DNA of 64,000 nt from Octopus sinensis (GCF_006345805.1 NC_042997.1:189410001-189474000); one strand, 5' to 3'; shown: positions 11,898 through 26,965, counted from the first letter of the stretch. Translations and numbers: made by a program. Notes: generated by a model from the letters alone, not told the origin.

Positions 11898-12129
11898 TAC
11901 ATTCAGGCAATAATTATTTTCTCTAATGAGTTTGTATATGTTTGTGTAGGTGCGTGTGACTAATAGTCATTTGTAACACAACAGATAGAATATGGATGGT
12001 AAATCAAATTAATACAGTTGTCAATGTTATCTAGTGGTTGTCTTTTGAGATGTGACATCTATCATCGTTAATTACAGAAAGAACATTGGTTAGTTTATGT
12101 ATAGTTACTGAGAGAACACTGGGTAAAAT

Positions 12130-12273
12130 ATTTTTGCCAGCTGAATGGACTGGATCAACGTGAAATGAAGCGTTTTGCTCAAGAACACAACGCGTCGTCC
12201 GGTCCAGGAATCGAAACCACAATCTTACGATCATGATGCTGACACCCTAACCACCAAGTCACGCGCCTCCACA
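12130..12273 (-). mobile_element. SINE family S5, 5' part
   Basis: Head GGAGGCGCGTGACTTGGTGGTTAGGG and GCGTTGTGTTCTTGAGCAAAACGCTTCATTTCACGTTG; matches 46039-46306. Confidence 0.85.
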
Positions 12274-12340
12274 CACACACACACACACACACACATATTT
12301 TCCGTCTGCAAAATCCATTCTCAAGGCTTGGAAGACACTT

Positions 12341-12759
12341 AGGATCTTTTCGGTTTGAACAGCAGTTTTTTCTAGCGGTGTCATATGAAATTGTCACCCA
12401 TAATTATGACCCTAGTATCGATCTATTGCATTTCAATCTCTTTTAGGGTTAGGGTTAGGGGTGGGGGAAGGGTATCTTTTCTTCTTTACAAATGTAAGTA
12501 AACCTAATCTGTTTCTTAAACGAGGGACATATTCATATGGCACAGAATGCTTTTTAACTCAATAGACGTCACTGATTGGTTGAAATTGCAGAAATTGAAG
12601 AAAAAACAACAACAAATATCTTACAAACTATAGAATTTTCTCAATAAAGCCAAGAGAAAAAGATGTTTTATAAACACATTCTACCAGTTTACGAAGTTTA
12701 AAATCTTTTAGTTACCTAGAAATTATGTTAAAAACTGCCGTTCAAACCGAAAAGATCCC
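12341..12759. mobile_element. MITE with ~30-bp TIRs and internal (TTAGGG)3, inserted into an S1 remnant (12295-12866, minus)
   Basis: GGATCTTTTCGGTTTGAACAGCAGTTTTT / AAAAACTGCCGTTCAAACCGAAAAGATCC; superfamily not assigned. Confidence 0.8.
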
Positions 12760-13471
12760 CAAATCCATTCTCAAGGCTGAAAAGACACTTGCCCAAGGTG
12801 CCATGCAGTGAGACCGAACTCGAAACCATGTAGTCAGGAATCAAACTTCTTACAACACAGCCACCGTAAGTGAAAAAAAAAATCTCTGTGAGCGCGCACA
12901 TGTCTGTCTAGTTAAGGGTGTGTATCTATTCGTTCTTAGGACTAGGAATGCTATCATTTATAAGTATATCGAGAAGGGAAGGGGAGTAAAAGCCGTTTAT
13001 CAGAATTCTTAAGTACAAAATAAGCTTACGGTGTAGACTTTCGCCCATCGGTGTCGCCGTCGTCATTACTGTATCAGTGGTGGTTGAGGTGGAAGCGATG
13101 GCAGTAGCGGTAGTAGTAGTAGTAGTAGTAGTAATACCAACAGTGGTAGTAGTGGCAGTAGCAACAGCCGTGGTTTTACTTGTTGTTCTCTCTCTCTCTC
13201 TCTTTTTCTGTCTTTGGTTATGTCTTTCTCTCAGCTGTTATCGCTATGTGGTATTTCAATCCCGCAAACGTATTGAGTCGAATGGAATGTCAAGTTGTGA
13301 ATTATCAACCGAATACATCCTACTGCAACTACGGGGCCGCAGTACATTTTAATATCATTATGAACATAGAACGAGCAGTGGATGGCAGATTCAGGCGAGA
13401 AAATATTTCATAGTATTTAGATATTTAGTTTCATCTGCTACATATATACATACATACATACATACATATAT

Positions 13472-13627
13472 AGGAGTGGATGTGCGGTAAGTAGCTTGCT
13501 TACCAACCACATGGTTCCGGGTTCAGTCCCGCTGCGTAGCACTTTGGGCAAGTGTCTTCTACTATAGCCTCGGGCCGACCAAAGCGTTGTGAGTGGATTT
13601 GTTAGAAACTGAAAGAAACCCGTCGTG

Positions 13628-13679
<52 letters not shown>

Positions 13680-13922
13680 TAGATAGATAGATATGTATGT
13701 GTGTGTATATATTTGTGTGTCTGTGTTTGTCACCCAGCATCGCTTGACAACCGATGCTGGCGTGGTTACGTCTCCGTAACTTAGCGGTTCGGCAAAAGAA
13801 ACCGATAGAATAAGTACTAGGCTTACAAAGATTAAGTCCTGGGGTCAATTTTCTCGACTAAAGGCGATTCTCCAGCATGGTCGCAGTCAAATGACTGAAA
13901 AAAGTAAAAGAGTAAAAGAGAA
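13472..13922 (+). mobile_element. SINE S1, full length
   Basis: Head, (TA)n/(GATA)n internal microsatellite, S1 tail. Confidence 0.9.
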
Positions 13923-13994
13923 AAGGGAGAGTATACGTACGTACGTACATACATACATCATGGCGTCGGATACGGACGGATACAGGCATAGAAG

Positions 13995-14420
13995 ACTATT
14001 CATTCTCCCGGATAATGAATATTATCCCTTATAATTCGATTTTGGATTTGGTTTGCAAGGTTCTTTATATGAGTTTGTGTGTTGAAGCCTTTTCTGTTGT
14101 ATCTGGGGAGAGTCATTTTCTTTTTGTACCTTATAATGTAACACACTCGCTGGTAAAATTTCCCCTTATTTCTTATTTTCATTTTCCTAAAATTTTCGTT
14201 GCTTTCTTGCAACCTTTTCAATAGTCTTGACTCTGTCCGTTATTTACACTGGCAGAAAATAATTGGAAATTTTACCGGCGAGTGTGTTACAATATAAGGC
14301 ACAAAAAGAAAATGACTCTCCCCAGACACAACAGAATATGACTCTCCCCAGACACAACAGAATATCCCTTATAAGTTTTACCATTAATAAAACCTAGTAT
14401 TATATGAGAAAATGCAAAGA
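13995..14420. repeat. Unclassified repeat with ~70-bp inverted arms (Penelope-like inverted arrangement suspected)
   Basis: Arms 14093-14161 and 14267-14335; 26-bp direct duplication ATGACTCTCCCCAGACACAACAGAAT; related copy at 27586-27741. Confidence 0.6.
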
Positions 14421-14519
14421 AACAACCTTTGTTTAAAAGATCGTAGCAGTAATCAAACATTGGAATGAAGTTAATGCATAGCATGTAGAAAGTTACTATA
14501 CACACACCACAGCGACGAA

Positions 14520-17030
14520 AGAACAGAGTCAGCTGTTATAGATCGTGAAACTATCGAGAGAAATTCCAGTGGACTTTCGAACTGAACCATGACCCATATC
14601 AGTTCTATAGAAAGACCGGGGAAGATCCCTCAATAGGCTACGTGAAGAGACTTAAAGAATTTTGGGATAAGAAATATCCAACAGTCAGGTTTTGCAGAGA
14701 AACAATTACGCTAGCATGCTGTATTTTTTGAAAAGGAAATATGCCGTTCTACCAAACAAAATCATTCAGCCAAGATGTACAAATGATAATATTCGTATTC
14801 ATAACACAGTAAACCTTTTCCGTGATGAGATTGTGAACGACGAGCTACACAATCAACACGGTCACAATAATAACAAACCGACGTCATATTGTGATCTCTT
14901 GTATCGAAGTTCAAGCAGAACTTCACTATTTACATACACTAGCAGTATCGCCCAGCGTTGCTCGGGTTTGTTTTCTTTCCGACCCTTTAGAATTGGAATT
15001 TTTGAAAAGTAAAAATTCTGCCTTATGTAGCTTGTTATTCTCTTTAAGTGAACATTTTTCTGGTTGAAATACACCGAAAAATGACGACACAGCAGTCAAT
15101 AAATCGTAAAAAATAGGGATTTTCATAGAAAAAAAGCACCTTTTTGATGTAAATAATTTTTGGTGTTAACATGGTCCGATTTGAATTTTTTCTTCTACGG
15201 AATAAAGAGCAAGCCTTCTATCATACTCTCAATTTTGTTCAACTTGCGCCGCAGGGTCTCAGAGGAGATAGTGTTAGTTGAAGGCCACCAAACCTGCCAT
15301 ACACAGACAACTTCAGCTTTATATACAGAGAGATAAGGCACTTGTATGAGAGAACGATGCCGACAAGAGTTGAGAAAAACACCCACCAACCTGTTGTTAA
15401 CCGCGATCGATGAAATAGCGAGTGAACAAGTAGCTCAAATCCAAACTTCCAGCTTTTGGACAATAAATGCCCTACAAAAGTGTACCGCAGTAACTGTACC
15501 AAAGATGGGTGTAAAAGAGACCGACTGAACCAAAATAGATTACCTCCCTCCAAATTTACACCAACGGACTCAGGAAGAAAGATAGGTCAGTTAGACAGTA
15601 TCATCAAATACAAGGATAAAAATGAATTTACGAAACACCAATTATGACTGCATGATAGGTTCTCCAAATTCTATTGGAATTGCCGCTGAGAAACACTTAC
15701 AAGCAAGCAAACTGACCACCCTCTACGAGCGTTAAGTGAAAATCTACGCTACTGTAAAAAGATTGCATGAACGAAAAATGATAAACCGTAAATTTTCCCG
15801 AAACTCACAAGTTGTATTTCGCAGTATGAAAGGCGATACTATCAAGGTAGTAAATGCTCCTCCCCAGGAAGACCTAGAGTCATTTTGGCAAGGAATTTGA
15901 GATGTAAACAAAGAACACCATCGCGATGCAGCAGAGTTAAAAGTACCAAGAAGTGACTGTTGTATAAATGCATATATAACACCACCAGTGAAGCACCCTT
16001 GACGCCTATTATGAAACTGCCGAACAGAAAATCCCTTGGGAGAGACCTGATAGCAGGCTGCTGGTACAAAACACTCGCGTTCTACAGGAAAATGCTTACG
16101 ACCCCGCTTAAAGAAAACAATGGACTTTGAACTAGATATAACAAATTGGCTGACGGTTACAATGGTTACTCTTATCTCCAAGAACAAAGAGAACTATGTG
16201 GCCGAAAACTATAGGTTCATAGCATGCTTGAATGTTATGTACAAATTTTACACAGGTTGTTTGAATAAGTTTTCTCTAAGATCACTGTCAAATAACTGGC
16301 GTGAAAACTGATGAACAGGAAGGAAAGAAAGGAGCTTTGTTGAAGAGGAGCTGTTCATTTCAACAAAGCTGTCCGTAAGGAAGCCAAGCAACATCGCTAT
16401 AATCTCTTAACTATATGGCTAGATTACAAAAAGGCATTCGACTCTGTTCTTCACTCATGGATGATAGAATTACAACACACCTTTTAAAAGTACCAACTGC
16501 TCTAGTTAATGCCATTGAAAGACTGATCACGACATAGTCCACACAGTTATCATTGACAACTACTAAAACAACCCCTGTTGTCACCAACAGAATTAAGTTA
16601 TCAACAAGCATATTCCAGTATTATAATGTATCTGTAATGTTTGTATTAACAGTGAATCCCTTGCCAGCCCTGTTAACAAAATGCCAAGAAAAGAATAAAA
16701 TTGATGTCACCCACACATATTTTGCTGATGACCTAAAGTTATGTTCTAGTACAAATTATCAATATCAAGAGACAAATAGAACTAGTCAACATTTTTACGG
16801 GACATATGAATAGATTTTGGGCAAGATAAATGCTCATACATGATAGTCAACCGAGGAAGAATTGAGGACTATAGAAAGAATATGAACATCAATGGCTTAT
16901 CTGCCACCCCTATGTCTGATGAAAACTATAAGTATTTCGGAATTGAGGATGTTGCATACGTTGGCGCTGTGACTAAAGCCACAATAAGAAAAGAGTACTT
17001 CTGCAGAATCCGGAAAATACCAGTAGATCG
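14520..17030 (+). pseudogene. Degenerate R4-clade (Dong/Rex6-like) non-LTR retrotransposon
   Basis: GYVKRLKEFWDKKYP (N-terminal), WLTVTMVTLISK..NYRFIACLNVMYK, WLDYKKAFDSVLHSW, YFADDLKL, FGQDKC and YKYFGI in order, with multiple stops and frameshifts. Confidence 0.75.
14939..15333 (-). mobile_element. Helitron H1 nested in the R4-like element
   Basis: On the minus strand A|TC...hairpin...CTAG|T, no TSD. Confidence 0.9.
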
Positions 17031-17178
17031 TAAACCACAAATGCATTTCAACTGGTCAAGAAAAGGGGAAACTGAAAAAAATCTCCCAAAACAACAAACG
17101 AACAAACAACAGTAAAAAAGATAAAAAATAAAAATAAAATAAACAAATAGATAAATAAATTAGCAGATAAAACATATA

Positions 17179-17401
17179 TATTTCTTTACTACCCACAAGG
17201 GGCTAAACATAGAGTGGACAAACAAGGACAGACAAATGGATTAAGTCGATTACATCGACCCAAGTGCGTAACTGGTACTTAATTTATCGACCCCGAAAGG
17301 ATGGAAGGCAAAGTCAATCTCGGCGGAATTTGAACCCAGAACGTAACGGCAGACGAAATACGGCTACGCATGTCGGCCGGCGCTGACGTTTCTGCCGCCT
17401 T
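17179..17401 (-). mobile_element. SINE S3
   Basis: 19-bp TSD TTAGCAGATAAAA(C/G)ATATA at 17160-17178 and 17402-17420. Confidence 0.9.
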
Positions 17402-17770
17402 TTAGCAGATAAAAGATATAATTTAACTTATTCTTTAATGTCCCATGTTTCTGAATTCGTGTTTTGCGATCTATGGTCTTTGGCTTTTCTTCTAACTGTT
17501 ATGTGTTAATGAAGTAATTATGATAGAATCAACGTGAGGTACATATTTTATCCAACATAGCTTGATTTAGAAAACCCTTTGTGCGTATACCTGAAGAATC
17601 GACACTTCACAAATATTGTTGAAATAATACTGATACGATGTATTATATCGAAAACTATATAATAAGATGTCAGCAATGATCTGCTGCTAAAGTGGTGACG
17701 AAAAGTGGCGATTGTAGTATTATGCATTAAAACGTGCTGCTCAGTCCATTCTCTTCTCTCTCTCTCTCTA

Positions 17771-18152
17771 TCTTTATATATAAAAGAGAGGTTGTGTGCT
17801 GTCTGTCTCCTACGATTTAGATTCCTAACTACTCCCACATTTTGCGGTGCAGTTTAACCAAAACCGGGTATCTTATAGTCGTGATTCATATCGAGCCCTT
17901 CTGGGTATTAGCGCGCGTCTACGATGAGTCTACGATTAAAAAAAAATTACCATAAATTTTTCCCATTTTTAATGCATTTTTGGAATATATAAGGAAAGTA
18001 ACTCTCTAAAAATTTATTATTAAATCTCAGAACGTAAGAAGCTACAGTAACACCCCGCCCTTTGTGGTTAGCCTATTATACTTTACATCTCTAAAAATGC
18101 TTATATAGTTATTTCCCTTACAAACCCGAGCAACGCCGGGCGATACTGCTAG
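17771..18152 (+). mobile_element. Non-autonomous Helitron (H2)
   Basis: A|TCTTTATATATAAAAG start; 3' end AAACCCGAGCAACGCCGGGCGATACTGCTAG|T identical to H1 but different body. Confidence 0.85.
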
Positions 18153-18250
18153 TTAATATATATATATATATATATATACATACACACAAAGTACGAGGGT
18201 TTAGTTCACAGGTGATCTAAACGATTAGATACGCCAGGAAATGCATATAT

Positions 18251-18562
18251 ACGCGTGGCTTAATGGTTAGGGCATTCGGCTCACGATTGTAAGGTCGTGA
18301 GCTCGATTCCCGGCGACGCGTTGTGTCCTTGAGCAAGACACTTTATTTCACGTTGCTCCAGTCCACTCAGCTGGCAAAAATTAGTTGTACATGTATTTCA
18401 AAGGGCCTTGTCACACTGTGTCACGCTGAACTCCCCTAGAACTACGTTAGGGGTACACGTGTCTGTGGATTGCTCAGTCACTTGCACGTTAATTTCGCGA
18501 GTAGGCAGTTCCGCTGATCGTATCAGCTGGGACCCTTGTCGTCGTAACCGACGGTGTGCTCC
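18251..18562 (+). mobile_element. SINE with S5-type head/core and S4-type tail
   Basis: GTGTCCTTGAGCAAGACACTTTATTTCACGTTGCTCC followed by TGTATTTCAAAGGG...GTCGTCGTAACCGACGG. Confidence 0.85.
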
Positions 18563-19306
18563 TATATATATATCTCCATGCGCGTGAGTGTAGTGTAGCG
18601 TAGTGTGAGTGTGTATACGTGTGAGAGTCTGAGTCTGAGTGTATGTTTCTACTTGTTAGAAAATATATATGCTTCTTTTTCTTCTGTAAAATGCCACCAG
18701 TCGGATAAAATCTAAAATACCATCGCAAAGACAATGACTATGACAAAGTCAAGCTAATAATAACATAATTAACTGAGGCATGTACAAGGTTTTAATAAAA
18801 CAATATTCTAGGTTAGATTTCCCCTACTTTCTCTGAGAAAACACTTCTAGATATGAATTCTGCGTTAAATGATAAAACACTTGTTAATCGCGAGCTAATG
18901 AATTCGATCTGTTTGCTAGAAATACCAATAAAATCTTTCTCACCTTACACCCTACCGTCTTTAAAAATAACACGTTAAATAATATAGTAAAACATACACT
19001 TTTATTGACGATCCACTCACCCCCGGAAAACACAGGATGTTCGAGGCTGAAACGCCTTTAATCATAGGTCTGTCTAAAATTCATGTTAATTAAGCAGTAG
19101 ACTGCACCTAATAGAGTTTCTTTTCTTGAAGCTGGGTGGACTGGGTTAGCTTTAGCTAATGTTTTGTTATTGGAACTAAGCAAAGACTACTGACTATTGA
19201 TTCTAATACAGACAATTCGGCATTCGATGCTCTGGGCCATCTCTAATTGTTTCTTTCTTTCAAGATAGTTCATTCCCAGCCTTTTCACTACGAAGGACCA
19301 GTCTTA

Positions 19307-19740
19307 TAAAACTTAAATAAAACTTAGATATGTTTCGACTAAAGATTGGTCCAGGCCATGTCTAACTTAATAACACCACCTGATAAGATTATCTAAATCC
19401 TTTTTAAGTCAAGTTTTTTTTATGGTCCATTCATATAGTGAGTTCTTGTTGAGTGAGTTGTATCCAGGTATGGGTGGCTTATCCAGTATTCCTTGAAGAA
19501 ATCTATCCAGACTCTGTTTAAAGGTGATGGGATCCTTTTCTTCTTTAATCAGATTTGGGACAATGTTAAACAGGGCAGGGCCAGTTGTGGAAAAGAAATT
19601 GTGTCGCAGTGTACCTATATGTTGTGATCCTGAATTGGGCAGGGGACGTATGGTCTGTGGTCCCAGCCTTAGATGAACCTTGAAATTAATGTTCAGGTCA
19701 TTTGGGCAATGCTGGCGGTATATTCTCCACATCGCTTTAT
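19307..19740 (-). mobile_element. CR1/L2-group LINE 3' end
   Basis: GPALFNIVPNLIKEEKDPITFKQSLDRFLQGILDKP...YNSLNKNSL, then a short 3' UTR and a TAAGTTT repeat tail. Confidence 0.75.
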
Positions 19741-20939
19741 ATAAAAGAATTTTCTCATGAACACCAGGCTTTGGAAAGGTGTGACTACTCAACAAGTCAA
19801 TTTTAGTAACTAATACAAGTTCTTTTTCTCAGAAACATTTCTCCGTTGAAAGACATATAATAATCAATTAAATGCATAACAGTATTAAATGAAAAACATT
19901 TACGTAAAATAGTTATCCGCTTTTCTTGATACGATTTCAGCTTAGATAATTGAGCGTTTAAGTGTAGATCAGATTCTAAAAGGGAGTTAAAAAATATTAG
20001 TTATTTCTAAAGATTTAGAAACTACTTTGAAATTTTGAAGGATTATCAATATCCGCCTTATCGTATTTATACATTTTACACTGGAAATTTAACGCTAATT
20101 AACTTATCTCGGGTACCATCGTTTTGGACCTTCGTATATGCATGAATTTCAGACCGCTAACTGCTGTCTTAATATACATTGTATATAAACAATAAATGTC
20201 TCTTTCCTTTCAGGTAGGCAATGAGGTTTCCTGTTTCAGTCAAAGAGAAACGAGAAGTTTATGATGTTCCTTTATCCCTATTACTATAAATGAAACGAAC
20301 TAGCTTAATATTTGGGATTGGAAACCACTTCGCGGATTTCACAAGTCAGATCTTTTTACTTCTTAGCGCACAGCACTTGCCACCGAGTTGTTAGATATCG
20401 ATTTTCGGTTTCTAACATTGGCACAAGGCTAGAAATTTGTTGTGAGAGAGCAATCGATTAAATCGATCCCAGTTACTCAACTGGTGTTTATTTTATCTGT
20501 CTCTTAGCGGTAAATGGCAAACTCGACCCCTGTGGCACTCGAAGCCAATGCACACACATACACACACGCAAGATTGCAATATATACCAGTGCCATCATAT
20601 ATCGCTCTTTTGACTGAGTAAATATATTTCAAATAAACATAAAGGAGAGTGACATAAGTGTTGTTAAAATGAGTAAGTTAACCAAATGTGATTAAAAGAT
20701 ACATAAAACTTGTTTAGTTTTGAATTTTTGTTTTCATGTTACATCAAAAAAAAAAAAAGTCTTGTGTCTCAAACTTCTACAAAAATGTCTCAACTGTTAA
20801 CCTATCTCGCGTTTCAAGCTTTGAATTTCGTCTTTCATTTCAAATAAAATCTCGTATAGCATCGTTCAAGCGTGACTTGCAGCTATATGAAACGAACATT
20901 GAATGCATTTGTTTGATATTCGATTCTAGCTTCAAAGAC

Positions 20940-21017
20940 ATCACATCGTCGTCACTGCCGCCACCGCCGCCATCGCAGTCGTCGTAGTAGTAGTGATAGT
21001 AGTAGTGGTGGTGGTAC

Positions 21018-21050
<33 letters not shown>

Positions 21051-21441
21051 CAGCAGCAGCAGTAGTAGTGGTAGTTGTGGTGGTGGTGAAATTATTGACG
21101 CTAGCAATTATGGTTGTGGTGATGGTATAGTGATGATGACGACGATAATAATGATGATGATGATGATAATAATAATGATGCTGCATTGATTACCTTTCTA
21201 GTTACAACTTTTTTTTTGTTTTTGTTTTGCTGTAAATAGTTTGAAAAATACAGGCATGTCTATCAGTGCTAAAATAATGGTTTCTATGGCAGCCTGTGAT
21301 AGATTTTTATGCAAGCTATGACTCACCTGCTTACGAGTTGGGTTAAGATAGCAGAAGCTAAAATTGATTTTGCAGGTGCTCGAAAGTACACTTATAACAA
21401 ATTATTATTATTATTATTATATTATTATTATTATATTATTA

Positions 21442-21492
<51 letters not shown>

Positions 21493-21692
21493 CATATTAT
21501 TATTATTATTATTATTAATTATTATTATTATTTATTATTATTATTATCATCATTATTATTATCATCATTATTATTATATTATTATTATATTATCATTATT
21601 ATTATATCATTATTATTATTATCATTATTATTATTATTACTATTATTATTATATTATTATTATGATCATCATCATCATTATTATTATTATTA

Positions 21693-21730
<38 letters not shown>

Positions 21731-21745
21731 CATTATTATTATTTT
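20940..21745. repeat. (AGT/GGT/GAT)n and (ATT/ATC)n trinucleotide tracts
   Basis: Direct inspection: 20940-21185 and 21385-21745. Confidence 0.9.
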
Positions 21746-22438
21746 GCTATCCTCATCATTGCTATTGAATTGTTTTTAAATGGCTATGCATAAGGTGCAC
21801 AACCCTAATGCTTTCCCTTCCCACTATAAAATATGAAAATCGACAAAAAAATAATAATAATAATAAAAAGATGAGACAGAAACGTTGTGAATATATTGTG
21901 TCTGTTTTCAGAATAGTGAGTCAACACTAGTTTCACTTAACATTAGTCTTTACTAACGAGGCTGTATTGCCCTATGAATAGGAAAATATACTTTCTATTC
22001 ATTCGCCCACGAATCTAGACTAAATTAGAATGCAGGAATTTTTTTTTCTCTCTTACACATCAAAGTAACGAGACATTCAAATATAGATTTCCTTAAACCG
22101 AAGTAATAATGGACAAGGAAAAATATGAGTGTGCATATTTCTATAATACATATTTGTCTAGAGAAAGAAAACACATTTTTTTTTCATTGGCTAAAATATA
22201 TTTCGTTTTTTTTTTTTTTTTTTCATTGTTTCAGAAACTCGTAAGCAGATAATAAGTTCGTTCGCCAGACGGCCAGACATACAGATATACACGCATGAAC
22301 ATACAATCGCACAAAATATATACACTGTCTCATTTGCACACTGCACGCAAATATGCATCAAGACACGAAATAATCATACATATATGGCAAACCGATATAT
22401 ATGTTAATTACCTGTGTGTACTGCGCATATGTGCGTGC

Positions 22439-23085
<647 letters not shown>

Positions 23086-23460
23086 TAGATATGCAAATCC
23101 ACACAGACAGACACGCACGTGTGTGCGCGCGCTCAAAGATTTACAAATCTCATGCGGACATACATACACATGTACATAGATATACATATCCTGAAACGCA
23201 CATTCGTATATGTATGCTCATGGCCATACACATACCAACGCTCAGATATATATATATCTCCATACATATGCAGTTGTGCAAATATTGCACATAAACAGAA
23301 TTATATATAGATGTCCTTAAAGATACTTTTTAATATCCGACTATCGCTCACACATCTATTTAAAATATTTTCAAAACACCTACACAAGGAAGACCAGCTA
23401 AGCTTAGACAGACAAAGACTGCTACCAAGTTTATATTAAAAACATTCGTATACATATAAG

Positions 23461-24205
<745 letters not shown>

Positions 24206-25009
24206 CTGTCTCTCTGTATCTATCTGATAAATTACTGGCGCGTTAACAATAATTTCTTTTAGTTTTATATTATTGTATACTATACAATATACCTTTTTTA
24301 ACCAACATTCTTTGTAATATACAGCTGTAAGTATCTCGTCTGTATGCCCAATATCTTCATGGAGAGAAAAAAAGAAGTAAGAAAAGGGATAAGCTGTATT
24401 AGTTTCGATCCTATGCTGGAATATTTTTAGGGGTCGTCTTTAACACTTCAGAGAGAGACACTCTACTGTACTATAGATTTGTATATTAAATGCATTAATT
24501 ATACGTGTCTTAAAGCGTCTTGTATGAAGAGACTAGCTAAAGATATATTTTTTTAAATATGGCATTGAAATAAAAACACTTTAAGGCTGCTGTAATTTAT
24601 AAATCGAACTAGTTGTCAGAAAAATGCGTTTGATGTGCAAATCGGCATATTCGATTTATTTCAGTCCTCTGTAATAGTGGGTTTATGAACAGTGTCTTTG
24701 TAGACAGTTACTCAGTACCTGGAGGTAAACTTGTCCAGCTGATCCTTCTTTATCTATCCACGAATATATTGCATAAAGAGACAAGGCGTTTATATCTTAC
24801 TGTTACTGTGTTGCCTAAATTCTATAGACATATAGTCTAGATCGGTGTAACGTTGAAACAAAACATTATTAATGAAAAAAAAAAGGCATCGGAGGTGCGA
24901 TGCATACCCTGCGCGCAGATAATTTTTTTCGCAAATTATAGTGTGGCTTACAATGCGTTGCTTAGCCAAGCTTTTTAATCGAAGTGAATTAATTATTTTC
25001 TTTTTAAGT

Positions 25010-25394
25010 GGAATGGAAGCACTCCGTCGGTTACGACGATGAGGATTCCGGTTGAACCGAATCAACGGAACAGCCTGCTCGTGAAATTAACGTGTAAGTG
25101 GCTGAGCACTCCACAGACACGTGTACCCTTAACGTAGTTCTCGGGGATATTCAGCGTGACACAGAGAATGACAAGACCGGCCCTTTGAAATACAGGTACA
25201 ACAGAAAAAGGAAGTAAGAGTGAGAGAAAGTTGTGGTGAAAGTACAGCAGGGATCACCACCATCCCCTGCCGGAGCCTCGTGGAGCTTTAGGTGTTTTCG
25301 CTCAATAAACACTCACAACGCCCGGTCTGGGAATCGAAACCGCGATCCTATGACCGCGAGTCCGCTGCCCTAACCACTGGGCCATTGCGCCTCC
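25010..25394 (-). mobile_element. SINE S4, full length
   Basis: 11-bp TSD TCTTTTTAAGT at 24999-25009 and 25395-25405. Confidence 0.92.
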
Positions 25395-26109
25395 TCTTTT
25401 TAAGTATCACCGTTGATAAACTGAAAGGTTAAGTTGGCATGCAGGTAACTAATTATTGTAGGGTATTTTTGTCCAGAATTTTGTCAATTCTGGCAAACAG
25501 CGTCCTAATTCTTCGAAATATCCAACAAATAAAGTGCACCCAAATTAGTGCACACTCTCGACACGTTTACTACTTACTGCTCTTTCATGAGTATCTTTTT
25601 CAAGGCATGTAGTTCCAGCTTAGTCAACCTTATAATTAGATTAGTCTCCGAAATTTCAAGTGTAATTGAAACATTTATTACTTTACACTTAATGATCACC
25701 ATATTGGTTTTATTTTGCAATACGAGATGCACTAGTGACCAGCTCAACAGACTAACAATCTGACGGTCTCTAATTGCAGAACATAACGATGAAATCAAGG
25801 CTGATGCGTATGCTATCAACAAAATGATGTCACGATGCATACGTCTCTATTTCTATAAATCAGACCTGTAACTGATTACTACAACTTGAAGCTGTCTCTC
25901 AAACCGAACTTGCCATTATCCTAACATGCTCATTGGTATCATATTCACTTAAAGTACATAAGATTTAAATATTGTGTCAGTGGCCAGATATTAGATTACT
26001 AATCGTAAGGAATTACAAGAAAATAAATCTGGAACGTTTTTTGATTCAGTGTAATATTTTAATAACAGCTACAGTTTGATAAAGAATCTAAAATTCAAAT
26101 TTATATATA

Positions 26110-26965
26110 CAGGGTGCGGTAGGTATTTGAGGACATACCTATTTTTGGTTATTGCTGCATTTTTTGCTAACTCTGTATAATCTTTGTTTCAGAAAATAAT
26201 AATGGCAGACCCTCAGCTTACTCAAGAAATAAAGAGGCATACTGTTATTGCGGCCAGATCTTTCGTCTACAAAGTTTGTAAGGAGCTAGAGACTGAAGAT
26301 GGAAACGTATCACCAGAATCAAAACATAAAAAGCATTCTAAACACTCTGAAATCATCAGAACACCTGAATTTACCCAGTAAATTCAACAGACCATTGATT
26401 ACAATCTCAGAAAGTCCATGAGGTCAATTGCAAAAGAATTTCAGAAGAAACGGTCAGAAATGTTGTCCACGAAGACATCAGATATAAGTCTTATATGATG
26501 AAGAACGGTCAATTTGTCAGAAAAAGCAAAAGAAAATCACTACATCAGATTTAAAAGGTTCTTAAACAAATTGAAAAATCCAGCAGAAGATTTGATTTGG
26601 TTTTTCTCAAACGAGAAAACCTTCGACCATGATCAAAAAGTTAACACAAGAAATGACAAATGGTTATGTACAGACCCTTCTGAAATCCTAAGTGTTATGC
26701 ATACAAAATTTCCTGCAGCAGCCATGGTTTCAATAATGAAGGACATGTGATACCTCCTTACTTCTTTCCTTAACTTAACTCTGCCGCCTACATTGAAGTC
26801 CTATAAATAATTGTTAGGCCCTGGATAGACAGTGTATGAAATAGAAGGCCATATGTATTTTAGTAAGACTCTGCAATATCACACATGGCCCTAGTGAGAC
26901 ATAAATGGATGGCTGTAAATTTTCATGATCCCATAACCCCGAACATTCGGCCTCCTAATTCCCCA
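26110..26965 (+). pseudogene. Degenerate maT/DD37D (Bmmar1-like) Tc1-mariner transposon, 3' end missing
   Basis: TA|CAGGGTG start; IWFFSNEKTFDHDQKVNTRNDKW...HTKFPAAAMV, LNSAAYIEV and IRPPNSP motifs, with stops. Confidence 0.8.

Noticed and set aside
12444-12461. (TTAGGG)3 as an interstitial telomere or fusion scar
   Set aside because: Only three units, internal to a TIR element
14185-14230. Hammerhead-like motif on the minus strand (GTTGC/GCAAC stem, GAAA, AAATTT), also near 27690
   Set aside because: Core reads CTATTGA or CTATCGA rather than CTGANGA, and no stem I pairing is evident
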